Origin: an uncultured Alphaproteobacteria bacterium
GTDB taxonomy: Bacteria > Pseudomonadota > Alphaproteobacteria > Rhizobiales > Aestuariivirgaceae
Assembly (NCBI GenBank): GCA_963810045.1
Contig: CAWELV010000013.1
Span: forward strand, 74,939-138,938
Reading direction: 5' to 3'
Length of the DNA stretch: 64,000 nucleotides
Shown here: positions 63,661-64,000 of the stretch, in pieces
Numbering within the stretch: position 1 is the stretch's first letter
Layout: each line of letters starts with the position of its first letter
Notes under the pieces: model-generated
Seen by the model: only the letters and a program-made list of their open reading frames with translations
What the model was told of the DNA's origin: nothing
Database searches by the model: none
Position numbers and translations under genes: made by a program

Positions 63661-64000
63661 TTAAGCCCCTCCATTGAGATGTTTTAATTTGTCGGGCTTA
63701 GGCCCCCCATAGACCCAGTCGAGAAGCTCGACCGTATGCAGAATTGGCGTTTGCATGCCAGTGGCAAGCTGGGTGATGCAGCCGATATTGCCCGTGGCGA
63801 TCACCTGCGGATTTGTTGTCTTGATATTTTTTATCTTTCGGTCCCGGAGTTGCGTGGCGATTTCGGGCTGCATGATGTTGTAGGTGCCGGCCGAGCCGCA
63901 GCAGAGATGGCCTTCCGGAATGTCCTGAACCGTAAATCCGGCATTGCGCAAAAGCGTTTGGGCCTTCGTTCCCATCTGCTGGCCATGCTGCATGGAACAG
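63661..64000 (-). CDS. glcF: Glycolate oxidase iron-sulfur subunit, C-terminal part
   Basis: CSMQHGQ..CCGSAGTYN..IATGNIGCITQL..HTVELLDW. Confidence 0.88.
   Translation of the reverse strand, partial: CSMQHGQQMGTKAQTLLRNAGFTVQDIPEGHLCCGSAGTYNIMQPEIATQLRDRKIKNIKTTNPQVIATGNIGCITQLATGMQTPILHTVELLDWVYGGPKPDKLKHLNGGA

Noticed and set aside
1-64000. Dozens of frameshifted genes read as mass pseudogenisation or programmed frameshifting
   Set aside because: Housekeeping genes (folD, hrcA, gpmA, miaB, nth) are hit by single-base indels with motifs intact on both sides and no consistent slippery site. Long-read consensus error is the simpler explanation.
1-64000. CRISPR array, tandem repeat array, rRNA, prophage or riboswitch
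   Set aside because: None recognised by eye on either strand; a covariance-model scan would be needed to exclude riboswitches.

Overview
This is chromosomal DNA of a GC-rich alphaproteobacterium, most likely Hyphomicrobiales. The inference rests on chvI-chvG-hprK-manX-npr, frcRBCA, DUF1127/LysR, an alpha-type LexA box and EcfG-type promoters. The right half (33.3-64 kb) is core genome: hrcA-grpE-alkB-dnaK-dnaJ, dapB-gpmA, ada/ogt-DUF2244-nth, tsaB::rimI-olsA/plsC-miaB-phoH-ybeY-corC, a fructose ABC system, chvIG-PTS and glcF-malate synthase A. The left half is an accessory patchwork around a short core block (LysR, tRNA-Ala(CGC), yggT-yggU-folD). It holds SRPBCC/VOC/DHFR-like/SDR/ECF-sigma/MFS genes, two ABC systems, a GAF-PAS-GGDEF-EAL protein, gene remnants and orphans. 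Many genes, including folD, hrcA, gpmA and miaB, are split by single-base indels that look like long-read consensus errors, so they are reported as single CDSs. No integrase, transposase, prophage, CRISPR array or rRNA was seen. The best novel candidates are: (1) an unannotated ~100-nt three-hairpin sRNA with a C-rich loop and its own EcfG-type promoter, inside a DUF2147-sRNA-HD-hydrolase stress locus; (2) an uncharacterised Pro/Arg-rich protein under a perfect LexA box, whose -35 is bracketed by a second inverted repeat; (3) an apparently genuine TsaB-RimI fusion; (4) an orphan CgdB/UAAP2 gene. All family calls come from motif recognition by eye; no database searches were run.
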